A DNA stretch of 63,182 nucleotides, filler included, from Folioceros fuciformis (lineage: Eukaryota), in the NCBI GenBank assembly GCA_049999805.1. It is 12 parts of 12 records of this genome, joined end to end, with 100 filler letters (N's around TTAATTAATTAA, not from the genome) between each part and the next. Parts side by side here need not be neighbours in the genome. Positions count along the whole stretch, not along the records: positions 1 to 24,894 come from JBNGIO010000250.1; positions 24,995 to 28,902 come from JBNGIO010000254.1; positions 29,003 to 31,952 come from JBNGIO010000255.1; positions 32,053 to 43,146 come from JBNGIO010000257.1; 8 more parts are not named here. The stretch is one strand, 5' to 3'. Positions 22,670 through 35,440 of the stretch are shown here, piece by piece (the stretch's first letter is position 1; each line of letters begins with the position of its first letter). The notes beneath the pieces are model-generated. The model was given only the letters and a program-made list of their open reading frames with translations, did no database searches and was not told the origin of the DNA. Made by a program: the position numbers and the translations under genes.

Positions 22670-24865
22670 TCAGTAAAAGTTACCAAAGATTCTAGGCCCG
22701 GCTTGCAATGGCTCGCCGGTGAATGGGTCGAACTTGAAGGGCTCCCCTGTGAAAGGATCAAATTTGAAGCCTCGTCGATCGAGAGCTCCAATCATCGTCT
22801 GAGGAATGAATGCTCCAGCCATGGGGCCTGCACTTACAGGCGATCTGTGGGAGGCAAGCCCATAACTGTCGTTCAGACCGCTTGGCATTCTGTGAAGGAA
22901 CGGCTGTGGGTGGGCAGAAACGTGTCGCACACTGCCATACACATGGTAACTGCGACCGACGATGCCGATCTCAGATGGTGATACAAGGAACTCACAGAAG
23001 GGAGGAGCAAATATCAAGAAATTTCTTGAAACGCATTTCACGTACCCAAGCATTTTCGGTTCCACATCGACATAACGCGTGGGAGGGGGCTCCAGTACAG
23101 GTGTCCGGGCGGCAGTTCCCATGCCTGGTACCCTGCTGTCTCTGACTGCAACATGGCTATGCCCACCATAACCAGATGGTCTGCTCCCCCTGCCTGCCAA
23201 GTCTTGCACCCCTCCTTTTTCACGAAGGTCTCGTCGCACCTGTTATGTGGAGAAACACTTCAGCCATAATGAAACTGTGGTCCACAGGGATGGGCAAGAT
23301 CTAGTTCACGGGGAGGTGGGGTGTAGGTGGGGAGGAATCCAGATATGTTATTACTGCTTGTTCATAGAAGGAAGTCTGCATTTACAGGCGACTAGCACCT
23401 TGTTTGTCGAGGGCATAATGTTGGTAATGCTGGACAGTGGAAGCTGTTTGACGTTATCATCAGCATGAGGATTGGAAAGCTGAGGACCAGACGTTGTTGT
23501 ACCATAATGAGACTGATGCCAGCTGTGGCTACTGGACGGTAGTTAAGTTATCTTGCAACTATCTCTCCTGACTACTGTGACATCGACCAGCAGCAGCAGC
23601 AGCACATGATACGTACCCGGTTTATGACACCAACCAAGTAAGCACCTTTGCTTCGGACATCCGCGAAGCTTGACACAGCAAACTACAGTCAACAGAACCG
23701 CGCTCAGCAATCTACCAGTGAGAATCTAGCACGTTCACACAACAGAATATCCTTCCACTTTACCTGATCAAGTGCAGAAACGGCAGCATGCTCCGGTAGG
23801 TCTCTGAGATTCTCCAAGGCACGGAAGTCAACCTGTTCAGGACAACATATCAGTCAGGGTTGCATTCGCCACAACTGTGTGAAGCACCTAGGTCAGCCGA
23901 GGGAAAGGCTGCTTACATCCTGACGACTTGCAAGGCCCTGCCGGAAAATTTGCGTCAGCTTATCTGCAACTGTTGGCCTTAACGAGAGAACGGCAAGCTC
24001 ATACGGATCAACTACCTGCAGATGACCTCGGCTCATTAAGTGATCCCACAGACACTGTTGTTTCAGTCATTTGCCGTAGAAGGATCACGTACAGAGGAAA
24101 GTTGAGTACCTCTGGAAGGGGGTACTGCTTGTTTGTTACACGAGGGTTCTTGGCTACAACATAATCTGTGTATTCCCCGTATGCTCCAGCGCTGACCACG
24201 GGGCTGAAAGCACCAAGAGCACCAGCAAACTTCGCTGGCGGTGCTGCTGCCAACAGCACAGAACTGGCATTTTCTTCCCGACCTCGCTTTCGAGCCTTAT
24301 CAGCAGGCTTAGCCAGTGACACCTGATCACGCATTCAAGCTCATGAGGGCTCGGTCCTAAACGCTGGATTGCAAGACTGTCTGAGTAGGATCAGTGTGCT
24401 CCAATACCTGTAGCTTGAATTTGGGACCAGCATCCGGCCCATCAACTGTTCTGGCATCTAGCTCCTTGATAGCAACATCAAGTTCCTGATGTTTCATGCA
24501 AGGTCAACTTCAGGATTGAAGCAAGAAAAGAGTTTATGCAGTGAATGACACATCAGATTTAGCAGAGCTCATACACACTAGATTGAGCTGCAAACGTGGA
24601 TAAGACTGTACCGAGCGCTGTGAGAAGTGTACGAATCCCACAGGAATGTTGCTCTTTCTTGATATGGCGACCCGCTCTACCTGCAAACAAGAAACTGTCA
24701 CTACAAACACAGGGAACAAAAGGAAAGAATTGAGGGATACGAAGAACATTAGTACAGAAATGAACATAGTAAAGGCCAACTCACCTTTCCAAACGGCTCA
24801 AAGAGAGTTTGCAGAAATTCCTCATTGACATTGTTCGGAAGGTTGCCCACAAACGCCGTTTTCAC
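22670..24865 (-). CDS. hnRNP Q/R-like RRM RNA-binding protein, 3' part (exons 24865-24785, 24680-24612, 24485-24408, 24322-24110, 24015-23917, 23832-23764, 23682-23617, 23239-23046, 22949-22670)
   Basis: Spliced product VKTAFVGNLPNNVNEEFLQTLFEPFGKVERVAISRKSNIPVGFVHF...LQVSLAKP is an RRM3-like domain. It is followed by a helical domain and FKFDPFTGEP x2. All introns are GT-AG and in phase. The 5' end is cut by a gap. Confidence 0.88.
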
Positions 24866-24894
24866 CTGCACAAGTTCTCCACAGTGATTTCGAC

Positions 24895-24994
24895 NNNNNN
24901 NNNNNNNNNNNNNNNNNNNNNNNNNNNNNNNNNNNNNNTTAATTAATTAANNNNNNNNNNNNNNNNNNNNNNNNNNNNNNNNNNNNNNNNNNNN
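24895..24994. other. Artificial contig-join linker N44-TTAATTAATTAA-N44 (also 28903-29002, 31953-32052, 43147-43246, 45767-45866, 48044-48143, 50812-50911, 52894-52993, 54816-54915, 56356-56455, 61976-62075)
   Basis: Eleven identical 100-bp blocks with a six-frame-stop palindrome in the centre. Confidence 0.98.
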
Positions 24995-25065
24995 AACCAA
25001 ACCATACCACTATTAACCCTTTTTCAACCAAAACAAACCACCACCCCAAACTTTGGAGGTTTACA
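24995..25065 (+). repeat. Probable LTR terminus, repeated at ~48565-48635
   Basis: aaccaaaccataccactattaaccctttttcaaccaaaacaaac...tttggaggtt(t/c)aca is near-identical in two segments and ends in CA. Confidence 0.7.
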
Positions 25066-25729
25066 TGCCTGCACTGGTTTCCACTCTTATCCCCAAACAA
25101 CATGCACTCAGCGCAACCCGCAACTTCTCAAACAAGCATTCACCAAGGTCAGACACACACACGCTTGTTTTCGCGGCCTCTCACCATTCACAATTTACTC
25201 ATCCTTGATCACATACAAAAACTCCTACTCCTCCAATGTCACAGCGCCCTCACCAGCACCCCTCGTACGCCTCTCCCGTTCCCACACACACACACACTCA
25301 CTCACTAGACACAAAACCCACTCATACCAAATTTCACCCACAGTTCACTCACAATCTTCCCACAATATTCCAGCCACTCGTACCAACAATCAGGTACCGC
25401 TCCATGGCGCGCTTTGGGGACGATCCCTCAGATAGAAGTCCCAGGATTGCAATGACCCCCCCAAAGGTCAGATCTCTTGGCGCACTTGCCACACACTCGC
25501 CGCCCACGTTCGCGACCGCTTCTTAACACACTCAGACTTTGATAGCCTACAGTTACCTTTCCTTTTTGCCACGGTTCACACGCTTCCTTCTTCTCTCGTC
25601 CTCTTCTTACTCCTCGATCGACCTCCTTCTCTTTCACTCACTTCTTCTTCTCGTCTCACTCCTTCTCCAGAGCTCCTTCTTCTTCTCAAGGTTTAAAAGG
25701 GTTGATGGGGCCGCCAGGGAATAAGGGAC

Positions 25730-28700
25730 ACAGCTACCCACTCCACTCCGCAACCAGCGGATTCGTCCCCTCACGATCTCGCCAACTGTCACAATAGAAG
25801 ATATTTGGGGTAGCAGGGAAGCGAACTTCCACTCGGTGAGGGTCTTCCTCCCGATTCGCCCCTAAGATCCCTATCGCGGAGCAACGCAGTCTCAACCCTC
25901 CACCCAGGTACGTTGCATGCACTCGCCTGCTTGGATCTCCCTATCCAGCAGTGGTCATCGCCAGGCCTGCAAGTCGGAATGCTGATCTTTGCTTTGCTGC
26001 CTTTTCGAGGCATCCACAGGCCCTTATACATCGCATTTGGCGGGTCCGCAGCCGCCATAAAAGTCTGGTCTTGCGGACAAGGAGGCGCTCTTAATGGCGC
26101 GCGATGTCAAGTCCAAGAAAAAACATTTCCTAGAGATTGTCTATGATTCGAATCTAGGATGCAATTACTATCGCCTATTTCATCTCCGCGGCCGCCGTCC
26201 TTTCGTCCCCTTCACTCTTCCTCCTCTCTCTCCAACTCTCTTCCTCTTGTCCAACCACCTCTGCCTCTCCTTCCTCGCTGCTGGTCGGGTAGGTCCTCCC
26301 AGAGGATCTCTACCTCGCTGTCACTCCTTACCTCTGGCGGTGGCGGTGCAGGTGGGTCCCACCTCGGAGGACTCCTCCTTACCTCCTGCGGCCTATTGCT
26401 GAGGACAAGAACTGGCTCCCGGTCGACCCACGCTTGCGCCTCCTCCTCCGTCAATTCTTCCAAGACTGCTGTAGCGTAGTAGTGTGGCAGCCCCCACACC
26501 CGATAGCAGTGGAAGAAGGACCCCCTGCGGATCCTTAGCTGCAGGCAGTAGCCTCTTGTCCCTCCTATGCCCACACGCACATGTATAGTTAACTTCAGCA
26601 CACGGGCTCGATCCACATAGAGGCCGGGCACATAAGTGTCCTCCTTTGGGTAGTGCAACACAACCTGACCATCTGTTGCAAAGGAAGTGCTTACCCCCTC
26701 CTCCCGTGGGCTACTCTGGGCTATCTGCCCTCTGTCACTTGGAGGTGCCGGAGCATCTTCCATCCCCCCAGCTGTAGCTCCTCCCTACCCCGCTCTCCTA
26801 GTGCGAGTTGCCCTTCCAGACTTCTGAACGGCGGGTTCCTCAGCAGGTGCCTCTTTAGCTACCTGGGTTGGGGTCTCGGCTACCGGTGTTGCCACTCCGC
26901 AACCGGTAGCTTCTTTAGCTCCCAACGTTGCAACTCAACTACTCTGCCGAGCCCGGGACTTCCCCTTCACCTTGTCTCGGGCCTCATCCCGCTCCCGCTT
27001 GTGTCTCTCTGTCAGCTTCTGCATTCGCTCCACCGCAAATGCTTTATGCTCATGGGCCCTCAATACCTTTTGCTGCATTTCCTGGTTAGTCCCATGGGCC
27101 TCTCTCACCTGAGCCTGGAGCGCCTCCTGTTGCTCCTTCAGCGCCTGCATCTCCCTCCTCACCTGGCGGGTTTCCTCCTTGGCCTGCTACTTAGCCGCTC
27201 TCAAAGTTCGTCGAGTCTCTTCAAGGAGGTGCCGGCTTGCCTCTGATTCAACTAGCCTTGCCCAACTCTTGGCCTCCTGCTCGCCCTGCACACTCAACCA
27301 AGTTAAGGCCCGGGCAGCATGATCCAGCAACTCTGCCTAGCCCTGAACCATTGCCGCGGTCAGGACCAACAGGTCCACCTGCTACGATTCTCCCTCCGAA
27401 GACATCCTTCGCCCAATGACCTGATGCCCCAGCAACTCCCGAACTCTCGCCAGGTTCTCCACCTATAGTCTGGCTGTCAAAGGACCATTCCTAAAAATCC
27501 CTTCCTAGCTCGGGAAGGGTTCCTGTACTTGAGCCGGCCCTAACTCGGCCTCCACTCTTGGCAGTGTCGTGTGCTCCTCCGACAATTTTTCTTGGGATGC
27601 CTCCTGCTCCCTTTCAGCCTATTCCGGTTCCTAGACAACTTCCCGCTCCTAGGCACTCTCCTGTTGTGGAACCTCTTCCTTCCTCTTGACGACCGGGCCG
27701 ACAATTCTTGTCCGCTTGGCCGAGGTTCTCCGTCCGGTCCTTGGCTTCCTTTTTGCGCTAGAAGGGGCTTCCTCCTCTGAGCTCTCTGTCACCTTTGCTT
27801 CCCAACTACTGGAGTCCACCTCCTTGGGCTCCGCAGGCTTCCATTTGATTTCTCTGAGAGGCTTCCACATGTGTAGTAAGGCGACCACTTCCACCTCAGT
27901 CAAGAGATTAGCATGGCAATAAAAATGAACAACGAACGAAGAAATTAGAGATGGCCGGGGTGAGTATGAGGCAAGCTTCTGCCTCTCTTCACTCATCCTG
28001 TCATATAGGATCCTGCCCCAATCTACCCGGCTACCCTTGACCACCTCATGCATAAATAGCAGCAACTGGTTAGAGAGGTAGTCCTACTTCCTGATCTGCA
28101 GGAAGCAGAGAAGCCACCTTGCTAGTCCCATTAGCTGGGCCATCGCCAGATCCCTGGCCAGCTAGGTGTTGGCTTCCCTCACGGTCCCTGTCTTGAACAG
28201 CGCCTGCGCCTCGGCCGCCGTGCTCCTTTTCTTCAGCGTCTCGAGGATAAGTCCACCTTCCTCTTCCAGATTGCGCCCATACACTCTCCTTACCAGATCT
28301 AGGTTCCACTCCTATGGGTTTCCTCAGATCCCCTCTTCTCTACGCGGGCTCCATAAGCGCTGGGCGCACTCTTGCACCAGGCCTGGAGCTGCATGGTTCC
28401 AGCGCTAGGTCATGAAGGCCAGGCTCAACTCCTCCACCAGTACCCATGCCCTTGCTCGCCAGTGCTCCATGTTCAGCCAGAAGGCCATCTCGACTCTCAG
28501 CTCCGGGGTCTGCTCCAGGGTGCCTTCTCCCGACGTCAGCTGCGCGGCTCCTTTTTCTCACGCCATCTCTCCTTAGGCGTGGTGGCTGTCCTCCATAGTT
28601 CGGCCGTTGCTGCTGTGCGCGTCCCTGGCTAGTTGTCTTTGCTCCTACCTGAGTTGTCCCGCTGTTGCGCTTCGCCTGCCGCTCGTCCACCTCGGTCGCT
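25730..28700 (-). mobile_element. Decayed retrotransposon-associated accessory ORF region (plant transposon protein-like domain plus coiled coil)
   Basis: Stop-interrupted frame ...YLSNQLLLFMHEVVKGSRVDWGRILYDRM...LISSFVVHFY, then charged low-complexity and coiled-coil stretches. Many TAG/TAA interruptions. Confidence 0.5.
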
Positions 28701-29002
28701 CACCTCGATTGCGCTCCTATTTGAAAATAGCACTCAACTTTTACCTTTAGGGTTTTATCCTTGTTAGGTTGTCGGGGCTCCACTACCGTCGGTTGCGCTA
28801 CCGCCGTTTGGTTCTCCGCGACGGTGGTTCGGCTTCCACCACCGTCGCTGAGTCACAACATTCCCATTTTCTAGCCGAAGTCCACAACTACCTATCATGA
28901 GGNNNNNNNNNNNNNNNNNNNNNNNNNNNNNNNNNNNNNNNNNNNNTTAATTAATTAANNNNNNNNNNNNNNNNNNNNNNNNNNNNNNNNNNNNNNNNNN
29001 NN

Positions 29003-30545
29003 GTCATGTGGTTTGATGCTCCTGAATCAATGTACTATCTCTCATCATTCTGCCCATCATGTTCAGAGAGATGTTGCATGGCAAACAACCTATCCTGGTC
29101 ATTTCCAGCATTACTAGAGGAGGCATAGTTCCCATGCTGCCTTCCTTTTCCTCTCATGTCTACTTGTTGCTTATAACAGTCCTTAGCAATATGACCAACC
29201 TTACCACAGTAGTAACACTCCTTGTCTCTATTGGAATGGTCATGAGATTGAAAAGAACCATCTCTTCCTCTTGTGGCTCTACCTGCGCCTCTAAAACTTC
29301 CAGATTCTCTCTAGCCTTGCGCATTTCCTCCACACCAATTGTCTTGCTGATTCTGCGTGTTCCGAGCATCACCCCGTCCTCGGAATGAACCACGACCTCT
29401 GTGGCCTCTCCCACGCTGGTTAGAAAACAAAACAATGTCTCTCCCTTGAGATATACTGAACCTGTGTTCAGACCAAGCTTAACTTCCTCATGCAGCAACA
29501 AAGCAACCAATTCATCCCAACTTGGGAACTCAACTCTCACAGAGATTGATGTGTCAAAGGACTTGTACTCCTTGCCAAGTCCGTTCAGAGTAACTGCAAC
29601 CATGTCATCTTCCGTCACACTTGCACCGATTGTAGCAAGCTGATCAGCTATGGTCTTCACCTCTGTTGTATACACGAGTATGGATCTGCTACCTTGTGAC
29701 AAGTTGTTGAACTGCTGCTTCAACTGGATTTTCCTAGCATGTGTGACATTTCCATAGTTCCTCATGAGTATGTCCCATGCATCCTTCGGAGACTCACATC
29801 CCGTGAGCTGTATGTCCATAGCATCTGAAATGCTTAAGGAGAGCTAGTGTAACACTTTACATGCTCTCTCAGTCCAATGTTTGTGAGCAGTCTTTTGCTC
29901 CTGTGATGGAGTTCGATCCATCTCTGGTTCACTCTCATCACCTGTGCAGAGGTCCCAATAGCCTCTACCTACCAAGAAGTTCTTCATCCTGAACTTCCAC
30001 AAAGCAAAATTCTTGTTATCCAACTTCTCTCCCACGACCTGAGAGATATTGTCTGATCCCTGCACATTAGCCATGATTCAGGCTCCTTTATGCTCCTCGT
30101 GAGTCTCTCTCCCTCTCGCGCCTCTCGCGCGCTCTTGCGCCTGTAGCGCTTGTTGCGGCTTCCTACGCCGCCTACGCCGCTGCGCCTTCTGCGCCTCTCA
30201 ATGGCTTGAGTTGCCAGCCACCTTCACGCTCACGGCCATAGCCTCAAACCCCCGCCATAGCCACTGGTGGCACCGGCACTCTCTCTGGCTCTGATACCAT
30301 GTTGAAATAGCACCACAGGCATAGGAGGACTCCACAGTTCCTTACTTATGGTGCACAGGATGCTACATATATAGCCTTCAGGCGGGGCAACCCTCGATAA
30401 GGTAATCCTTAGTCTCGAGGGTGCAATATCCTAGTATATTCATAGTATATCCTGATATATCATGATAACACTTAGGTGATAGATAACTACGAGTTCAATA
30501 TGGGATAATCTACACTATCCTAAGTGTTGTATGCTCTTAATAACA
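29003..30545 (-). mobile_element. Ty1/copia 5' end: LTR (30545-30300), PBS (30299-30288), interrupted gag
   Basis: LTR TGTTATTAAG...TTTCAACA is followed by TGGTATCAGAGC (tRNA-iMet PBS). Gag KLDNKNFALWKFRMKNFL, with zinc knuckle CYYCGKVGHIAKDC after a frameshift and a TAG at 29844. Confidence 0.92.
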
Positions 30546-30599
30546 ATTCAGTTAGAGCTTGATTTCTAACATACGCTAGCTAAGCTACCCATAACCAAC

Positions 30600-31840
30600 A
30601 CGGTCTGTACTTTTAACTCTCCCTCTCTGACTAGTTGGGTTATCTAAATCAAAGAACTAATAATCATTTGCCGTTGGAGTATTGTATAAGTACTACGATC
30701 TTCAACTAAACTCAACTTATCGATCGTCACCGGCCGCAAGTAAGATTGAAGCAAGCAGTCTGCAATAGCTATCAACTTCAAGTAACTGAACGTTCTGTGA
30801 TAAGATACGCCTCACCAAATGTGTGACTAGTCTAGCTTCAAAAAGCTACTACAGTCAACCAATCCAAGCCTTTCTCTATGGAAGCAGTGTTTAAACTTCG
30901 GCAGGGATTTTGTCAGTATATCTGCTGTATTCTCGTCTGTGGGTACATACTGCACCTTAACAATTCTCCTCTTAGCAGCGTCACGAATATAATGGTGTTG
31001 AATCTCAATATTCTTCGTGCGCATGAAAGATAGGATTAGCAACAAAAGCAATGGCTGACATATTGTCACAGTTAAGCACTGTTGGTCCTTCTTGCTTCAT
31101 ATCTAAAACTTCACATACCTTTCTTTCCCATTCAGCCTCTTTCGTGGCTTCAGTGAGTGCTTTGTACTCTGATTCTATTGACGAAAGTAATATTACAGCT
31201 TGTTTTCTACAAGACCAATTAACAACATTGGAGCTAACAAGAAAGCAATATGTTGAGATACTTTTTCAGGTGTCTGCGTCTGAAGCCCAATTTGCATCGA
31301 CAAAGCATGTCAGTAGCAGATGCTTCTTTCCGCTAGGCTTGAAGCAGAGGCCATAATTTGGAGTACCCTTGAGGTACCGCATGATGCGCTTAAGAGCAAA
31401 CCAGTGATCCTTTCCTGGATTCTCTGAGAACTGAGCAATAGCATTTGCAGTATTTGAGATATCAAGTCTGATCTGATTACTTAAGAACATGAGAGTACCA
31501 ACTTCCATACGATAAGGAATATTTTCCATCTCTTTCTCTTCTTGTTCTGATTGTGGGAAGGTAGCAGATGAAAGCTTAACACCTGCGGCGCCAGGTGTGG
31601 CTGCCGCACGTGCATTCTTCAAATTGAACCGTTTTAACATACCAGCTACATATCTTCCTTGATGGAGATAGATAGCACCAGTGGTATCTCTATGTATATG
31701 CATACCAAGAATATATTTAACTTTGCCGAGATCCTTCAATCTCGAATTCTTTACTAAGGTCAGCTTTAATCTTGTTAACTAGTTTAATATTGTTGCCAGG
31801 AATAACTAAGTCATCAACATATAGAGCAACTAGTGATGAG
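30600..31840 (-). mobile_element. Ty1/copia RT-RNase H remnant with PPT
   Basis: KDLGKVKYILGM, HWFALKRIMRYLKGT, FVDANWA, RTKNIEIQHHYIR and ADILTK. Purine tract at ~30617-30629 on the minus strand. Confidence 0.9.
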
Positions 31841-32052
31841 AATCTATAGCTCTTAGATTGGAAGAAGAAGAAACAATGTAAGTAATTAATGAGTAAAGTA
31901 CAAGCCTTTAAATAGGCTGGGTAGTTGGGTGGTTACAACCATAAATGGTTGCNNNNNNNNNNNNNNNNNNNNNNNNNNNNNNNNNNNNNNNNNNNNTTAA
32001 TTAATTAANNNNNNNNNNNNNNNNNNNNNNNNNNNNNNNNNNNNNNNNNNNN

Positions 32053-33148
32053 CATATTCCCATATAGTACCTGTCTGCTTTATATTATCAAGCAGCAGCC
32101 GGCTCAAACGCAAAGCATTCGCAGGTTGGAACTGCTTCTTTAAGGCCTCTTTGAAAGTTGCCCAGTCTGTGATGGTATGTGCTCGATTTCCCTGGGCTAC
32201 ATTAGCACAATAACTTCGCCACCACACCAAAGCATACCCTTTTAGATTGTTGCCCACAATTCCTAAGTAATGCTTAGGCTCAAGGCCAGATGAAACAAGA
32301 TAGCTTTCAATAGAGTAAATCCAGGAATCAATAGCTTGTAGATCTCTTACTCCCTCATACTTATCTGGCACGGCCAAATTCAGATTTGCCCTTGGAACTG
32401 CTTCGAAGATATGAAAAGGATCTTGATTGACTTCCACTTCCTCATTCTGTAGAGCTGTAGGCTGTGGATCCTTCCTTGCCTTTTTCCCAGATGCTGTCAA
32501 ATCTTGGAGAACTTCAGGCAATACTTCGGGAAGAATTTGTCGTAAGGCGACCATCATCTGCGTCTTCCAATCTTCAGATTTTTCTCCGGATGGTCCTACT
32601 GAGTCAGTAGGCGGCATCTCCTTGCCTTGATTCTCTTCAAGTTGTTGAGGCGGGGGATCAGGAGAAACCTCTCGTATTTGCATCCTCTGGCGCTTAGCCA
32701 TCTTAGAGGAATAGACCAGACTCTAATACCAACACAGTAATACCCCCTTCCTTACGCAATGCAAAAGGAAGCAACGGCCTCAAATCCGTAGCGGTCTACT
32801 TACAAATCACTCACTCCTTCTCACACGACTCAGCACTAGGCTCCAAGTAGTCTGCCATTCACTAACGACTCGCAAACCACCTCCTCTAGGTGTTGCTCTT
32901 TATTCCAGAGACTTACACCCCACTGGCTACTGCCCTAGACTCAATCCGACAAGCTTGCTCTTCAAGCCCTCCACAGCTATGCCTCAAGACTAGACTTCTC
33001 AGTGTCTACCTCTGTCTTTCTATGTATTAGTGTATCAGAGTATATCCTTAAGACCCTAACACTAGCCTATTTATACTCCACAGCTTAGCCACTGCTAAAG
33101 TTGGGAATGATACACACCACTTATCTCAGAATACTAGTGGTCATTACA
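32053..33148 (-). mobile_element. Ty3/gypsy 5' end: LTR (~33148-32736), PBS (~32731-32721), gag (32701 to gap)
   Basis: TGTAATGACC LTR start and TGGTATTAGAG PBS. Gag PDKYEG...WIYSIE...LKGYALVWW...WATFKEALKKQF...IKQTG. Confidence 0.88.
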
Positions 33149-33639
33149 ACTCCATCCTTCTTAAGAGGTTTTGCCTGGAACAGGCATCTTGTTTCCAAAG
33201 GAAGATAGTTCTAGATTTAGCTTTCACCTTTTTACTTTTAACTTTTACTTTATTTTACTTGTGCCATTACTTAATTGACTGAGACATAAATTAAAAGTGA
33301 AAAAAAAAGCAGCTCATCTTCCATCTGCTGCGCAGGTCTAGGTGTCTGATTCAACGTCCCAGCACCTCCTGCACCTCGACGACTTGAGAAAGCAATAGGT
33401 GTTAGATGAAGTAAAATGAGCAAGCGATCGGTGTGTGTGATGAAGCAAAATAGCAAGCGATCGGTGTGTAATCAAGGAAAAGGATGTGATCCGTCAGAAC
33501 ACCGGTTAGCCATCAATCCTAGGTGGAATGGGCCAGGGTGACGATCATCGGGGCGCAAGACAAGCTTGCGGTGGAAATTATGACTGCGCAGTTCTCCCCC
33601 TCAAGCTAACCAGTCTCCAATCGTCTTCCGGATTGATAG

Positions 33640-34000
33640 ATTCGTCTGAGTTAGGAAACACATACTAGATGCACGAATTATAGAAGAAATCCTGTTCAGC
33701 ATGTACCAAACTGATGGATGCCCACACAAAGCAGTCTGGAGCAGCCAACTTGGTAAAGACCTGAACTGCTTCCTGCAACCTGCCTTGAGAAGCATACATG
33801 CGGACGATGTGATCGGCCAGAAATGTGTTGAGCTCGTGGGAGCAAGGCCTTGGCATGAGCACGCCTGCCCACAACCACATCTTTCTGTGCAATACACTTT
33901 TGAGAGCATAGTAGAAAGGTGCTGGAGGCACGTACGACCTCCCCTGCACCAGAAGGTCCAACACCTCAACGGCAGGAGGGCCTGATTGTTGTAGTCTTCA
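33640..34000 (-). pseudogene. PPR N-terminal pseudogene fragment
   Basis: LDLLVQ...FYYALKS...NTFLADHIVRMYASQGRLQEAVQVFTKLAAPDCFVWASI resembles the N-terminal L-S-P motifs of the two intact PPRs, then terminates. Confidence 0.7.
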
Positions 34001-34589
34001 GAAAAGAAGGCCCGAACCACACCTCCTCATCCAGCTGCACGCTTGACATGGGCTATTGAAGGACGCGGCGCCGGTGCTTATTAGCAAGCAAGCTATGAGC
34101 TGCCACGGACGGACGCCTTGATGTGGGCTTCCATAATTCGGCCATATGGCCGGGCATCGATATCCCGAGCAAGCAGGCAGGCAGGCAGGCAGTGATGAAA
34201 TTGTAGGGCAAGTCAGGAAACAGACACTGGTTCTCATCTTCCCAATGCATAGCAGTCAGCAGTGTAAGAGCAACAGACGAAATGGGGCAGATCGAGAAGG
34301 CATGGCATGTCTTGAATTGCAGAGGTCTGTACTGTGAATGGTTCCACAGAGGGCCGTTGCTAGCTTCTCAGAAGAATTAGCTACTTCGTGAATGCTTTCT
34401 CACGATGCTGCAAGCTCAGTTGCTGCGGGAGATTCCTCTTCCTTCCCGGTGGTGTGTGCTTGTTGTTGCCTATAATGGCTCTATTTTTTCTTGTTTGTGC
34501 ATAGATACGCATTTCATGGCTCCTCACCTCCTCCTCCACGCCGCCGACATATTGTCTCTTGATTCGCAACAGAGACCAACCTCGGTGTG

Positions 34590-35440
34590 CGGATAATGCA
34601 CGGCAAGTTGAGATTTTGTGCAAGGCTGGAAAGATGACGGAGGCATTGGCATTGGCAGTGCTTGTGCTGGTTTGCATGGAACAGCAGGGGAGTACCCCTT
34701 CCGTGCACCTGTGTAACAGCTTGTTGCAGGTGTGCTTGCAACAAAAAAAAGAAAGGCTTTGCCCGAGCCCAGGCCCAGGCCCAGGCTACACAGCCTGGGC
34801 CTGAGCTTTGCAGAGGGAGTCCACCTGTGCTGGAGCTTGCCACAGCGAACCTCCTTCTCTTGGACGGCCCTTGTGTGAGGGTATAGCGATAGCGGCCGGT
34901 GTCGGGAAGCTCTGTTATGTTTCCAGCACATGCAACAGGAAGGTGTGCAGCCCAACAACTACACGTTTGTCAGCTTACTGAAAGCATGCAGCAGGGCCAG
35001 GGATTTGGAGCAGGGCAGGCACATTCACGATGCGGTTGCAAGGTATGGATGTGAGTCGGATGCTTTTGTTGGCAGTTTTGTTGTGGATGCACAGCCAGTG
35101 TCTTGACAGAATATGTGTGCGGACTTTGGTGACCTGGAATGCGATGCTCGCAAGATACAATCATTAAGGGGATGCTGAAATGGCCTTGCAGATCTACTCG
35201 CAGATGCGGAGAGAAGGGTGCCGAGGGGATGCCGAGATGCGCGAACGTTTGTGTGTGCCCTTCGAGCATGTGGGAGTCTTGCTGCAAAGGAGGAAAGCAC
35301 AGTTGTGGATGGGTTGGATGTGAAGTTGATGTCAATGCACACCGGGAAGGAACTGCATGCTGCAGCTGCTCCTATGGGTTTCCAAGCGGATGCGTATGTG
35401 ACTAGCATCTTGGTAAACGTCTCTGCGAAGTACGGGCTTT
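34590..35440 (+). pseudogene. Frameshifted PLS PPR pseudogene containing a long L (LL-type) motif
   Basis: LCKAGKMTEAL, MQQEGVQPNNYTFVSLLKAC, VTWNAML and RTFVCALRACGSLAAKEESTVVDGLDVKLMSMHTGKELH, spread over different frames with stops. Confidence 0.8.

Noticed and set aside
24939..24950. TTAATTAATTAA palindrome as a biological motif, and ORFs ending in XXXLIN
   Set aside because: It is always centred in N runs, so it is an assembly linker.
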